Notes: generated from the letters alone by a model not told the origin. Counted from the whole stretch's first letter, positions 48,122 through 62,139 are shown. The stretch is DNA of 62,937 bases, filler included, from Octopus bimaculoides (GCF_001194135.2; 5 parts of 5 records of this genome joined end to end with filler, not necessarily neighbours in it), one strand, 5' to 3'. Translations and numbers: made by a program.

Positions 48122-48480
48122 TACTTGCTTTAATCATTCGACTGCGGCCATGCTGGTGCACCGACTCGAAGGGTTTTAATCTAAAACATGACCCCAGGAC
48201 ATATTTTCTAAAGTCTGCAATTTCTATCGGTCGCTTTTGCCGAATCACTCTGTTACGGGGAGTTAAACAAACTAACACCGGTTGTCAAACGGTGGTGGGG
48301 AGACAGGCAGACACATTCATATACATACACAACACACATATACGACGGGCTTCTTTCAGTTCCCGTTTACCAAATCCACTTACACAGCTTTGGACGGCCC
48401 AGAGCTATAATAGAAGATACTTGTCCAACGTGCTACGAATTGGGACTGAACCGAAAAGCATGTGGTTGGGAAGCAAACTT
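48122..48480 (-). mobile_element. SINE family A
   Basis: Colinear with 46395-46838. Confidence 0.9.
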
Positions 48481-48850
48481 CTCATAAACAACTTTTTTCT
48501 CAAGTTTCGTTAACTGTGTCTCATCTGCTCAACTTACTAGTATCACCTCGAGCTTCTAGGTTATTATTCCACCTTATAGAAATAGCAACCAAATCTCATT
48601 CGATTCAAACTCTGTTGTTATGAAAAAATGGAAGAACACATTAGATAATGTAGCCCAAGAGACACTGTTTATAATAATTGGTGTGGTGATGGTCATAGAC
48701 GGGACACTTTTGTGTAGTCAGGTTTAATTGGAGGTTAAACCTAACGGCATCTAATAAAGTAGCTTCGTTTATTTCAGTGATCTGATGAGCTAGCTTCCTT
48801 TATTGCCATTAATTTTTGAGTATACATTTGTATTTTATAATGCTGTGCAA

Positions 48851-50190
48851 TTGGGCCATCCCATTAATAATGCAGTTTTTTTTAATACTTCTTTTATTTT
48901 TCAAAATTAAGATAAACAAAGTTCATCTTAAATCCAAAATATAGTCTCCTTCATTTTCTACAATGCTCTTCCATCTATCTGGTAGATTTGCAAGGCTCCT
49001 CTTACAAAATTCACTTGTCCGTGACGAAAAGTACTCTTCCAGTACTGTTCTGACCTCGTCTACAGAATTCATATTTTCTCCGTTCAAATGATTTTGAAGA
49101 CTGCGGAATAAATGATAATCAGATGGGGCAATGTTCGGCAAATGTGGTGGGTGGAGCATCGTTTCCCATTCAAATTGCTCCAGCCTTTGGAAGGTCATCG
49201 TTGCTGTATGTGGTCGAGCATTATCCAGATTGAAGAAAACTTTTCGTTTTGAAACTAAAGACGGTCGTTTTTCTTCTAGCGCTGAGTTAAGCCGCTCAAT
49301 CTGCTCTCAGTAGATCTCCTTTGTTATCGTTTGGTTTGGGTTTCAAAGTTCCAAATGGACTAAACCTTTCATATGCCATCAAACAAATAACAACGCCTTA
49401 CGTGGATGAAGACCTTCTTTAGCCTGGGGTGCCGGTGTTTCTCCTTCCCCAACTCACTGTCTTCGGCGCTTGACATTTTTATAGAGAGCCCATATCTCGT
49501 CACCAGTCACTTATTCAGTCTCAAAAAGGTTCAATCGCCAGACGTGACAGCAAAGAAGAGCTCACATACACTCTCAGCGCGCAATTAGACTCGGAAAGTT
49601 TGTGAGGAAGCCATCGACCCAGTTTGCTCACTTTTCCGATGGCACGGAGGTGTCGATAAATGGTTGAATGACCAAATCCAAACTTCTTCACTAGTTCCNN
49701 NNNNNNNNGAGGTGTCGATAAATGGTTGAATGACCAAATCCAAACTTCTTCACTAGTTCCTCAACAGTTACGATGGGATTTTGTTCCACCAGGGTTTGCA
49801 GGATGTCCTCGTCGAGTTCTACAGATCTTCCAGGACGAGGCTCGTCTTCTAGGCGGTAGTTTCCGGCTCGGAATTTCTGGAACCACCGTTGACACTGGCT
49901 TACGCTTATTATCCGATCCCGATATTCCTAGCACTTTCCGTTGCGTTGTTGCCTTTATTGAACTCATAAAGCAAACTACGCCGAATATACTCCTTTGTCA
50001 CTTCCATTTTAGCTTTGAAAAAAAAATAAATGTTAAAATCGAACCTCACTCTTCAAAACTTGCATAAGAATAAGTACAAGGTAAAATTACTACCTGCTTT
50101 AATAGCAAGTTGATGCAGGTAGTTTATCCCGTCCCTCCTAATTTTAATTCATGCAATTGAAAAAACCGCATTATTGATGGGATAATTCAA
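48851..50190 (-). mobile_element. Full-length (1.34 kb) decayed mariner element
   Basis: Imperfect TIRs ttgggccatcccattaataatgcagttttt / aaaaaaccgcattattgatgggataattcaa|TA. Transposase motifs: YEFNKGNNATESARNI, DNARPHT-like region, HPPHLPNIAPSDYHLFRSLQ, LPDRWKSIVENEGDY. Confidence 0.9.
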
Positions 50191-50414
50191 TATATTAATG
50201 CAAACATGTACACATGTTTTTGCATACTGAAATTAATGTCACAAAGAGAAGGTTCTGAAACTATCGTAACCCTATGGAAATCACGTGGTTGAATTTTTAC
50301 TTCTCATACCTCACGGAAAAATTTTTACCAATCGGATTTTCTGGATTTTGAATTATATGGACCTTTACCTCACACTACTTAATTAATTACTTTGTGTGAG
50401 AGGAGCTTTCTATT

Positions 50415-50575
50415 TGATTGTGTGGTAAAAAGCTTGCTTCCCATCCACATGGTGCTGGGGTTCAGTCCTACTGCGGGGCACCTTGGGCAAGGGTCTCCTA
50501 CTATATCTTCGAGTGGACTAAAGTCTTGTGAGTGGACTTAGTTGACTGAAACTGAAAGAAGACCGTTGTATATAT
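50415..50575 (+). mobile_element. SINE family A, 5' half
   Basis: tgtgtggtaaaaagcttgcttccc...ggttcagtcctactgcggggcaccttgggcaag. Confidence 0.85.
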
Positions 50576-50899
50576 ATGTATATATATCAGACACGTGCCG
50601 TCAGTAACTACTCAGAGTAGGCAGTTGTTGACCTTTATATAGTAAAACACACACACAAAAAAAGAGAAAAAAATAAGCGAGACACAGGCGTGCAACTGTG
50701 TTATAGGCAGATTTACTTCTGCCTTTATCGCCCGTAAAGAAAACGTTGTTGTAGAAATGTACGCGGCACGTGTACTACAGCAGTATTATGTATAGCTTAA
50801 ATACTGAGATTGAAAAGTAGGGACGAATTACGCCTACCTAATTTATATATAAAAAAAATGCATTTTATATATAGTAATCAGAGTAAACTTCATTATTTT

Positions 50900-51465
50900 A
50901 TTGAATTAGGTGGGGTAAGAGTGTGTAGGGGTGGGGTGGACTGATGAGGAAGGGTTGATGATGAAGGGGGAAGGGGAAGGTGGGTATGAGAGAAGGGGAA
51001 GGTGGGTATGGGAGGAGAGAGAAAGAGAGGAGAGAAAAAGAGAGTGGGGTGAAGAGAAGTAGGAGTGAAAAGAAGTAAAGAGAAGTACGAGTCGGAGCAG
51101 GAGAGGAGAGGTGGGTGGGAGGAAGTAGGAAGGAGGAGAGAGGGTAGAGAGGCAAGGGGAGGGGGTTAGATGAAGAAGGGAGTAGAGTTGAGCCCATGTG
51201 GCGCAAAGGAGCGAAGAGAAAAGATTAATCCCTGTTCACGGGGCAAACGGCAGTCCGGATAGCCCCTGTGCAAGGACAATCCAAACACGGACAGGTGTTG
51301 CTGCCAGGAGTGATCGATAGAGCAGAAATGGCGTGACACCGGGGTGTCATTGCCAAGGCGGATGTCTCGGAGGTGTTCCGCGAATCGGTCGGCCAGGCGG
51401 CACCCCGTTTGTCCGATGTACAGAGAATAGCAGAGAGAGCAAGAGATGCAATAGATGCAATAGAT
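50900..51465 (-). pseudogene. Penelope-like element GIY-YIG endonuclease C-terminus plus pyrimidine-rich 3' UTR
   Basis: CISCSLCYSLYIGQTGCRLADRFAEHLRDIR...PVSRHFCSIDH...REQGLIFSLRSFAPHGLNS; 5'-truncated at (TA)n. Confidence 0.9.
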
Positions 51466-51477
51466 GCACACGCACGC

Positions 51478-51508
<31 letters not shown>

Positions 51509-51669
51509 CACACATAGACGCACAAATATATGTATATAAATGTATAAAACAAACGAAAAACACCGCCTCCTCACGAAAGAACGGGCCAGTGTTAACCACA
51601 CATTTGCTTCTGCATCATAGAAATATAATAACAATATACACACAAACATCTAACACACTCACACACACT

Positions 51670-51708
<39 letters not shown>

Positions 51709-52184
51709 ACACACACTCACGCTTATTTAATACACACGCTCACGCAGACACAGACACACAACTATCTCGATACCAACAGAAAACCCGATGTTATCCTGGT
51801 TGAAAAGTAGCTATGAATTGTTCTTAATGAAGGCATATTCAGTTTAATAAAACATTGTTATATTTCACTTGAAAAGTGATCTTTTATGTAAGAAATGATA
51901 TTGTTATCTAATGTGTTTATAGCAGTCTAATGTCTATTGCACTCTACTACATATTTACACACAATACCAATAGAAGTACATTTCATTATTTAATTATATA
52001 AATAACATATAGCTAAAGTGAAAAAGTAAATAAGAACTGAAGATTGAGTAAATGTGAAAGCATTTATTTAATCTTTTATTCTTGCTATTCTTTAATTCTT
52101 AAAATTATTTTTAAAATGAGTAGAAACAGAAATGTTAGGAAGTAAACCACTTATGGAAATAAAAAAAAATTATATTTCTATTAA

Positions 52185-54480
52185 CTAGCGGTAAACAAGA
52201 TGTCCAGAGCAACTCACGCAACCAAATTTTAGGACTGTAATGCATATGATGAAATTATATTAAAAGCTGCGATGAACCCTAGCTGAAATATTAGATCTGT
52301 ATCGATCATAACTTTGGGAATTCTGAACGTTGCCTTGTCGGGACTTCGAGATGTACAATGTTTTCCATTTTACCACAGAAGCATGAATATAAAGATTTTG
52401 GGGGTTTCCAACTTCTGGGCGTTCTACATAAAATTAATCTATCCCAAAGCAGTAGTCCTCAACATGCAGTCCAGAAATTCATCGAACTCTGTCACTGTGC
52501 ATTAATTCTTGAAAATTATTTGATATCTCTTAAGGACGTGTTTAGTTGTCGACTTCTTGGCAATATTTCAAGTAGATGACTATGTCCAGTAGGAGTTTGA
52601 AAGTCTCAAAAAGGTGTTTAGCGGTAATGCACGAAGAAACAACTGAAATTGCTAAGTCATTATGTTGACAAACTTTGGCAAGCAATAAACAGGTCAGCCA
52701 CATCATGAACACCAAATCTAAAAGCATAAACATCAGATTGTTCTCTGTGCCAGAGTGAGTTTGGATTCATTCTCATTGCCATAATACTATCAATATGTCA
52801 ATATTATATGACATTTCCCATATTTCTGTTGCTAGGTTATTGAATTCAATATATAGGCATATCTCAACTTACGGCGTCTCGAGTTATATCTTTTTCAAAT
52901 TTACGTCGTTTTGTTTTTGTAAATAAATTAATTGAAAAGCTTAAATTCAACTTCAGTCGATTTATCCGAACATATTTAAAAGAATAATAAGTTTTAAAAA
53001 ACACCGAAAATGCAATACTGAAGATTAAAATGAAATAAAATACATGTGAATATACGTACAAACCATTTATTAAAACAAATATAAACTAATAAAGCTTTAA
53101 ATGCTTTTTCTTGTTACGTCGTTGTCTAGGAACCATTTATCGATATAAGTTGAGGTATACCTGTAGTTAGGATGAGAGAAGCTGCACTTTTGAAATTCTT
53201 CATTTATAGCCTTGAATATGTGGATGAGAGCAGCTTTCTCAGAATCATTTGTGTACTCTGTTTCCATACCTGAGTACATCTGTTAAATTTGATGCTTGAG
53301 ATCTTCAGCAAGGTCATCGGAGTACTTGAGCTAATGTTGAAGTGTATTGAATGATTCATAACATTTTAAAGAACTCTGTGAGTCTTGACTGATTGAAATA
53401 CAAATGCTTCTGATAATTTTACATCCCACTAGACTTAATATTCCAGATGTTCAAGCATAAAACAAGAATTAAAGGTTATTTTACCATTGTCTTACTGAAG
53501 ATCTTAGAACCAAAGGGAACATCTAATTTTATGAAAAAGCTATAATTCATTTTGAGTAGCGTGCCAATTATATTTTCTTTCAATGACACTGTCAAAACTA
53601 TTCCAGCCTAATATGTTAGGATGACATTCAACAAGAGCATCCTTACTTCTTAGTTTCCTTTAGAGGTTCAATATATAACAGGACAATACGATAATGCTTT
53701 TGTGAGGAAATCATACTGGCATAACTTGAAACATTGTAAGCGTTGTCTCCCTTAGACCTTATGCCTTCTGTGCTGCTTCAGTGGACTAATCCCGTGAATC
53801 ATTTTCTAAGTGGACATTACGTTATTTTTGCTAACGCATAGTTGTTGTTTAACCTTTCCTGAAATTAGGTAACTTCATCACGTCTGTGTTGCTGCATCGG
53901 AGCAAATATTACAAGGTTAGTTCCCTTGACGAAATATTAGCAGACATATTTGACGGATTTTACTGAATTGCGGAACTCAGAACTGATGTATCATATAAAT
54001 GTCGTAATCAGGAAAGGACAGTCGGGAACTATCCATCTATTAGCAATATCTTGTCCAGCTAAGCTTTGGGAGCTCCTGGCGTCTGGTGGCCTTCCGTATG
54101 AGGAATAGCCATCTTTATCTATTTACGTTTGCTTAGCAAATGGTCTTGTAACCCACTCGGTATATTTGCTGTTTTCAAAGCAAAGGGATTTGTTGTTGGG
54201 AGTACCAACGGGACTTGAACCACCAGGTTTAATAATACTGAAGGGAATTTTCTCTCTGAAGATTTACAGCTAGGGGCAATCAATCTGACTGAGGTGATTC
54301 ATATTTATAAATAAGATCAAAATGTGTATCAATTTCTTAAAGAACTTATCGTAATTTGAACATTTTTTCACAAAATTTGTCTTCCAGCTTAAATTAGAAT
54401 CAGCTGTTATGTCATAATTATATGTAGTTCTGGTTAATCAATTCAGCTAAAGTTGTTAATTACGAATTCAAGAAGAAGAC
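52185..54480 (-). mobile_element. Old decayed Helitron (Rep-helicase relic)
   Basis: Manual translation gives Rep-region NNKSLCFENSK, IDKDGYSSY, IANRWIVPDCPFL, NSVKSVKYVC and RDEVT; linker KYSDDLAED; helicase LLLAKVCQHNDLAISVVSS; C-terminal LYVERPEVGNPQNLYIHA; possible CTAG|T end at 52185. Confidence 0.8.
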
Positions 54481-54739
54481 AGAAAAAAAGATGAAGCAGA
54501 GATGTGAATCAGGTGCTTATATCATGACAGTTGAAGAGAGATACACAGAAGGGGAAGTGACCAAAAATGTGCTAGAGGTAGAGAAAATAAAATAGTGAGA
54601 AAAAAGAGGCAGAGAAATGGATTGCGATAGAGAGAGAGAGCCAGTGAGAAAAGAAAGAGAGTAACAGAATATACAAAGTTTCAATGACAAGCAAGAAGAG
54701 GAACAAAATATTAAAATACAAAGATCCACTCTATCACCC

Positions 54740-54970
54740 TGTGGAGCTGTGAAGAAGTGATAGCTACATGCAGAAGAAAGAAAGGGAGAAGTTAGACATA
54801 CACCCGTTCGAAGGCTTCTGACATTGCAAAACAGCTAGAAGTTAGTCCAAGAACGTGTGTTACATATCTGCATAAGCTTGGGTATTATGGACGAGCAGCT
54901 AAAAGAAAACCTCTCCTTCAACCAGCTAATATCATGAAAAGAAATAAACTAACATGAGCCAAGAGGCTAC
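54740..54970 (+). pseudogene. Tc1 transposase HTH fragment
   Basis: DIAKQLEVSPRTCVTYLHKLGYYGRAAKRKPLLQPANIMKR. Confidence 0.8.
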
Positions 54971-55233
54971 CTGAACTCCAGGACGGAAGCCATGGGGAGT
55001 TGTCCACATTTTCGGAAATTTTTACTTCAAAATTGGAAAACCTAGCTATCAAGCGAAGGTAGACAACTCGCCCGGCCTTAATTTTTTAAAGAGGGTTATT
55101 TCTTAAACTATCACTGGCGTCCTTGTGTTTATANNNNNNNNNNNNNNNNNNNNNNNNNNNNNNNNNNNNNNNNNNNNTTAATTAATTAANNNNNNNNNNN
55201 NNNNNNNNNNNNNNNNNNNNNNNNNNNNNNNNN

Positions 55234-55270
<37 letters not shown>

Positions 55271-56729
55271 ACTCGCAACACATATATGCACACGTTTTAT
55301 TAACTCAGTGTAGATGGAATTTTTCGCACAAGGATATATAAAGCCCCACCTATATCAGTTTATTAATGTAAATTAAACTTTCATAACACGTATTACACCA
55401 AGTTGCTTTCCCTTTCCAAGGAAACACACATTCTTTCGCATTTACCTCAATCTTCTCCTATCACATCTCTCCTTTTCTCTCTCACTTTCTTCACTTTATT
55501 TTCCTTTTCCTCAAAACACTTTTCTGCACCCACTCTCTTTCTCTCATTATAACTATATTTCTCCCTTCTCAGTTTCTGTTTTCTCTATTTCTATCTTTCT
55601 CCCATCCTCTTCCCCCCCTCTCTCTCTTTGTGACTTCCTATTTCTCTACTCTGTACCCATAAACTATTGATTATTTCACAGCCTGTCCCGCCTCTCTCTC
55701 CTCTCGCTCACTTTCACTTTCACATTCACTTTATACGTTGCATACATACGCATATATGTATGCATATAATATATAATTTTCTACACACACACACACATAT
55801 ATATGTATAAAACTATGATTGATCACTTGATTCTATCTTATATGCCCACCTACTCCACTAACTACCAACCAGATCTATCTAATTAACAAATTTAACTAAT
55901 CACTATCTTCTTTATCAAATTATTAATTACATCTCTTCTCTTCGTTTCACTCTCCCTCTTCACATCGCTCTCTCTCTCTCTCTCTCTCTCCTCTTCCTTC
56001 CATTCCCCTCTCCCACTCTTTCTCTCTTTCTCTTCGTGCCTATTAAATTTTTAATATAGTAAAATTATTCCACGTAATTCGGAAACACGGCATATTTTCT
56101 TTCTATTCTAGATCACATCCAACGAAAATACTTTTTTCAAGAACACAGACATAGATTGGTACAAGATAGATATTTTTGAGAATTCTATAAAATCTGTGTC
56201 GTTGATAATTTTATCTCTGATACATGTATTGCTTCTGTTATGAGGGAAGAAAAAAAATTGCCAAGTGAATCATTGAGTNNNNNNNNNNNNNNNNNNNNNN
56301 NNNNNNNNNNNNNNNNNNNNNNNNNNNNNNNNNNNNNNNNNNNNNNNNNNNNNNNNNNNNNNNNNNNNNNNNNNNNNNNNNNNNNNNNNNNNNNNNNNNN
56401 NNNNNNNNNNNNNNNNNNNNNNNNNNNNNNNNNNNNNNNNNNNNNNNNNNNNNNNNNNNNNNNNNNNNNNNNNNNNNNNNNNNNNNNNNNNNNNNNNNNN
56501 NNNNNNNNNNNNNNNNNNNNNNNNNNNNNNNNNNNNNNNNNNNNNNNNNNNNNNNNNNNNNNNNNNNNNNNNNNNNNNNNNNNNNNNNNNNNNNNNNNNN
56601 NNNNNNNNNNNNNNNNNNNNNNNNNNNNNNNNNNNNTGGCACTTGACACCCATATATTTTGGTGCTCGAGGCAATTACACACGCGCGCAGGAATATACGC
56701 ATAAAAATATACAGATAGAGTGAGTGAAC

Positions 56730-56765
<36 letters not shown>

Positions 56766-57774
56766 GAGAGGGAGAGAGAGAGAGAGGGAGATTGCAATTT
56801 ATCAATTGGATATGGCTGACATAAACACTTTCCTCTCCTCATACACATAAAGAAAGATGCTCACACGCATAAGCAGAAAGAGAGAGTGAGAGAGATAGGG
56901 AGAGGGAGAAGAAAAAGAGAGAAGGGGAGAGAAGAGACAGAGAAGGGGAGAGAAGAGAGAGCCAAAGAGGGAGAGAGCGAGGGTGAAAGCGAGGGAGAGA
57001 GTTGGGAGAAATCTTGACCAACATTACAACGTGTGATATCAAAAAAGCCAGCAATGAATTAGCAGCGCCAAACAGACGTCGCCGAAACGGCTTTGTCAAA
57101 ACGACTCATATCCATTGAAGAAGTGATTATTTTATTGCGCTTTTCTTGTTCATTATCAGTTGACAGTCTCATTCGTTTACCACTTAGAGTGTCAGCTATG
57201 CCTTTGTCATCACTAATAAGTTTTCAGTGATGTCAACTCAACCGGTAACTTATTTCTTTATGTCACCCATCCCTAGTCTCTTGGCCTTCAGAACGAAACC
57301 AGCAAAAATGTCGACTGTGTCTAGTTCGTTCGTATCTAACATTCCTATAAGTCACTGCTGCGACGCGTTCCGCTTCAATAAGTATTGTGTTGTTAAAACA
57401 TATTCATGAAGAGATTTTCTCTTAGCCCAAGCCCCAGCAACATGCCTTTCAATGATGCATATACATCTAACATGATACATAGATGGCCGTTTCGATTTGA
57501 TGTTGTTTCAATTGTGTTCATCGAATCTTGTACAGCCCGGAAAGCATTCCGGAAAAATTAGTGAATGCATTTACTATTTCTTATATATCGAACCATGAAT
57601 TTCGTTCAAGCATATGAGAAATAGGTACACGTTATTGATGAGCTCTAAGAAGAAAGAAACGAATCTAACGATCTCCTCAGTCACTGCAGTTACTGCTATG
57701 TTCGTATTGCTTCAATAAATATTATGTTTTTAAAACAACTTGTTTGATTACTATAGCAACGAAGCTAAAGCACG

Positions 57775-58589
57775 TAGAGTGAAATCGCTTAGCACAGACT
57801 GATTTTGAACTCTGCTGCGCATGCTTACTAAGTATTAACGTTCTAGCTCACTTCCGCTGTTTACAGCAGCGCTTGGAAGGAAGGTGTGTAGCGTGTGATC
57901 GTCGCATTGACAATGACAGAGAAAGTTGAGTAGAGAATCTGCTTCAAATTTTGCCACAAGCTTGGTAATACCTGCTCAGAGGCCTACGCAAATTTTTCAA
58001 AAAGTTTTCATCGTTCTCAACACAATCAATGAGTTCTTCTGCAACTGAAACCCGAGTATCTTTTTGGTTAGCTGAAAGCAATTTTAACACGAACTTAGGA
58101 GACACGTGTCTCATACCCAAATCTTCAGTGATAATAGATTGAACTGAACCGTAACTAATCTGCATATTTCCTGATAACTTACGGATGGTGATTCGACAAT
58201 TTCTATTCACAGCTGCACGCATATCTGCGATGTTTTCTCATTTCTGCTGGTTGCGGGTCTCCGAGAACGTTCGTCAATATCGACACTTTTTCCACCATCT
58301 TGGAAACTTCTGAACCGCTTGTACACTTGTGTGTGGCTCATACACTTTCTGCAACTTTGCGTGGGCCTCTGAGCAGGTATCGCCATGAAAACTTTCTCTG
58401 TCATGGTCAATACGACGATCGCACACTGCACACCTTCCTTCCAAACACTGCTGTAAACAGCGGAAGTGAACCAGAACGCTAAAACTTAGTGCGCATGCAC
58501 AGCATAGTTCAAGGACAATCTGTGCTGAGCAGCTTCACTGTGCATGTTACTACAACAACAGTCCGGACACTTATTGATCAGACCTTGTA
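57775..58589. mobile_element. Two inward-facing mariner 5' ends
   Basis: + arm 57775-57992 (MTEKVE*RICFKFCHKLGNTCSEAY). - arm 58589-57990 (TIR-like TA|CAAGGTCTGATCAATAAGTGTCCGGAC; DERSRRPATS; RITIRKLS; EDLGMRHVSPKFVLKLL). Confidence 0.85.
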
Positions 58590-58674
58590 TAAAGAGATTT
58601 TATCTCAAACAAAAACCACAGCAGTATGTCTTTCTATGAGTACGAAACACGGATGGCCATCCCCCCTCTCTCTT

Positions 58675-58711
<37 letters not shown>

Positions 58712-58773
58712 ACGTGTGCGTGCGCCAGTATATACATACATACATGCATACACGCACACACACATATATCTGT

Positions 58774-58807
<34 letters not shown>

Positions 58808-58958
58808 CTGTATGTATATATGACATACACGTATATATACTTATACATATTTACATGAACTTTAACTGAATATATATCTTGTGTTGAGATTTAAAAAATC
58901 TGTATTTCATAAAATTCGTCTGCACCTGGCTTCACGTATGTGAGTGTATGTGAGTGTA

Positions 58959-59004
<46 letters not shown>

Positions 59005-59624
59005 TGTGTGTGTGTGTGTGTGTGTCTGTTTATATTTGCATATATATACGCATTCAACCGCACATACTATATGCGTAGAACTTGAACATACATAAATATT
59101 TCATAAAATTTATCTGCGCCTGTCTTCAGGTAATGCCGTTCTTAATCACACGAACACATACAAACATAAAAACATTCATGTTCTTTCTCCTTTCTCTTCT
59201 TGTCTCTTTCTTTCTCTCAGTTCTCACCCACCTCACATTCTCATTCGATCTTTCTCTCTCTCTTTAACTTTTTCCCACTCACCCTACTTTCTCTCTATTG
59301 TATGCAAACACCAACGCATACGTTCTTTGAATTAGCAGAAGATAGCAGGTAGCCATATTGACGGATATATATTTGTAAACTGCGTGTACAAAGAATGTAT
59401 ATGTGAATGCGTGTGCCAGTATGAACGTGCATAATGTATGTGCGTATATTTCATAATTCAATTAAATATATGTATATTGCATTATACGTTCCAGCGATGG
59501 ATACATGCATTATGCATAGATTCATTGGTATGTGCACGTGTGCGCGCGTGCGCGTGCGGGTTTTGTATATTGTGTATGTGCGTGCGCGCGTGCGTGTTTT
59601 TATATTATTATTTTATTCTTTTAT

Positions 59625-59990
59625 TCTTTTCTTTGCTTCAGTCATTTGACTGTGGTCATGCTGGATCACCGCCTTCAGTCAATCAAATCGACCTCAGGAC
59701 TTATTCTTTGCAAGCCTAGTACTTATTCTATCCGACTCTTCTGCCGTACCGTTAAGTTACGGGGACGTAAACACACCAACATTGGTTGTCAAGCGATGGT
59801 GTGGGGCGGGACAAACACAGACACACAGATATACATATTTCTTTCAGTTTCCGCCTACTACATCCAATCACAAGGCTTTGGTCGGCCCGAGGCTACAGTA
59901 GAAGACACCTGCCCAAGGTGCCACGCAGTAGGACAAAAGCCGGAATCATGTGGTTGGGAAGCAAACTTCTTACCACACAGCACACAACCA
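59625..59990 (-). mobile_element. SINE family A
   Basis: Colinear with 46395-46838. Confidence 0.9.
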
Positions 59991-59996
59991 CTCCAA

Positions 59997-60028
<32 letters not shown>

Positions 60029-60249
60029 NNNNNNNNNNNNNNNNNNNNNNNNNNNNNNNNNNNNNNNNNNNNTTAATTAATTAANNNNNNNNNNNNNNNN
60101 NNNNNNNNNNNNNNNNNNNNNNNNNNNNTATATATATATATATTTATTTATATATATATATATTTATTTATATATATATATATTTATTTATATATATATA
60201 TATTTATTTATATATATATATATTTATTTATATATATATATATATACAC

Positions 60250-60828
60250 ACACACCTCGTATATTTGTGAATGTGCGCGTATAGCTTTATGTAGATATGC
60301 GTCTCTATAGAACTTCGGATGTGTGAATTTGCGTACAAATCTATGTGTGTGTGTATATAGATATATGTGTGTTTATGTGCATAGAACTAAGTGTTTGTGT
60401 GTATAAATCTATGCGGCTGTGTGCAAAGCGGTATGTGTTTGCATGCATAGATTTATGTGTGCAGGTGTGTATATTGATTTCTCGTGTCTGTTGTTAGCCT
60501 TGTTTTCACGCCTGGGTTTTCTGTAGACTAATATCCACGAATAAACGCTTGTGTAATTACAGAGATAAATAGGATTGCGTATTTACATACGGGCCTGCAT
60601 ATATACACATGCATTCCCGCCCATTTATACATATATACATGCATACGCATATACACACACACATGTATACACACATGCGTACTTATATGCCCAAATGTGT
60701 ATTTGTATGCATGCATGCATATATATATATATATACACACACACATACATATATATGCAAACACACATACACGTACATATACACTCAAGCATACATATAT
60801 ACACATACGTATTCATATGCACAAATGA

Positions 60829-60866
<38 letters not shown>

Positions 60867-61050
60867 ATAAACACACACATACACGCAAGCATACATATAT
60901 GCACACATACGTATTCATATACGTATATATATATATAAATACACACAAATGTGCGTGTATATATACACACACATATGCACACACATACACACAAGCATAC
61001 ATACACACGCATGTATATACACACATATATACACCTTTACACACACATAG
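60250..61050. repeat. Degenerate (TA/CA/TG)n low-complexity field
   Basis: Directly visible. Confidence 0.9.
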
Positions 61051-62019
61051 TGCTACAGAGAAATTAGTGCTGCACTTGAGTGCAAATGCCGTAACATAGC
61101 AAGAAGGAGATTATCGACACCATTGCAGAATGCTAAGCTGAAGAATTAATCCAACATTTTCACTCTAAACTGTTGATCCGACCAAGAAACAAGATTTTAT
61201 GGAGGGGGATTACGGGAGAATTTCATCAGCAAATGCCTCGTGCGCATCACCTCACACAACAATGATATCCCAAGAGGAGGGGGAGGAAGTGGTGTGAGGT
61301 GGTGGTGTGAGGAAGAGGAAGAGGAGCAGGTGGGTGGGAAGAGGATGGGAAATTGTGTTGGTGGTGGTATATTCCCAATTCAACAAATGTCTTTACATAC
61401 GTACATATATCTCTTTCTCTCCCTCATACACGCACGCACTGACACAGACACACACACACACACACACACAAATAATATAATACTAATATATATATATANN
61501 NNNNNNNNNNNNNNNNNNNNNNNNNNNNNNNNNNNNNNNNNNNNNNNNNNNNNNNNNNNNNNNNNNNNNNNNNNNNNNNNNNNNNNNNNNNNNNNNNNNN
61601 NNNNNNNNNNNNNNNNNNNNNNNNNNNNNNNNNNNNNNNNNNNNNNNNNNNNNNNNNNNNNNNNNNNNNNNNNNNNNNNNNNNNNNNNNNNNNNNNNNNN
61701 NNNNNNNNNNNNNNNNNNNNNNNNNNNNNNNNNNNNNNNNNNNNNNNNNNNNNNNNNNNNNNNNNNNNNNNNNNNNNNNNNNNNNNNNNNNNNNNNNNNN
61801 NNNNNNNNNNNNNNNNNNNNNNNNNNNNNNNNNNNNNNNNNNNNNNNNNNNNNNNNNNNNNNNNNNNNNNNNNNNNNNNNNNNNNNNNNNNNNNNTTAAC
61901 CATTTATGAAAACATATGAACTGATAATATTCTTTAAAACCCTTTTCATGTTACGTCGTTTATCGTCTTAAATCGCATGTCTTGGAATCAATTACCGACG
62001 TAAGTTGAGTTAAGCCTTT

Positions 62020-62054
<35 letters not shown>

Positions 62055-62139
62055 TATATATATATATTTATATATATTTATGTGTGTGTATGTATACATA
62101 TATATATACATGCGCACGCGCACACTTACATAATTGGCA

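Noticed and set aside
53097-53279. Protein-like 60-aa ORF considered as a host exon
   Set aside because: It is colinear with the flanking Helitron RepHel motifs.
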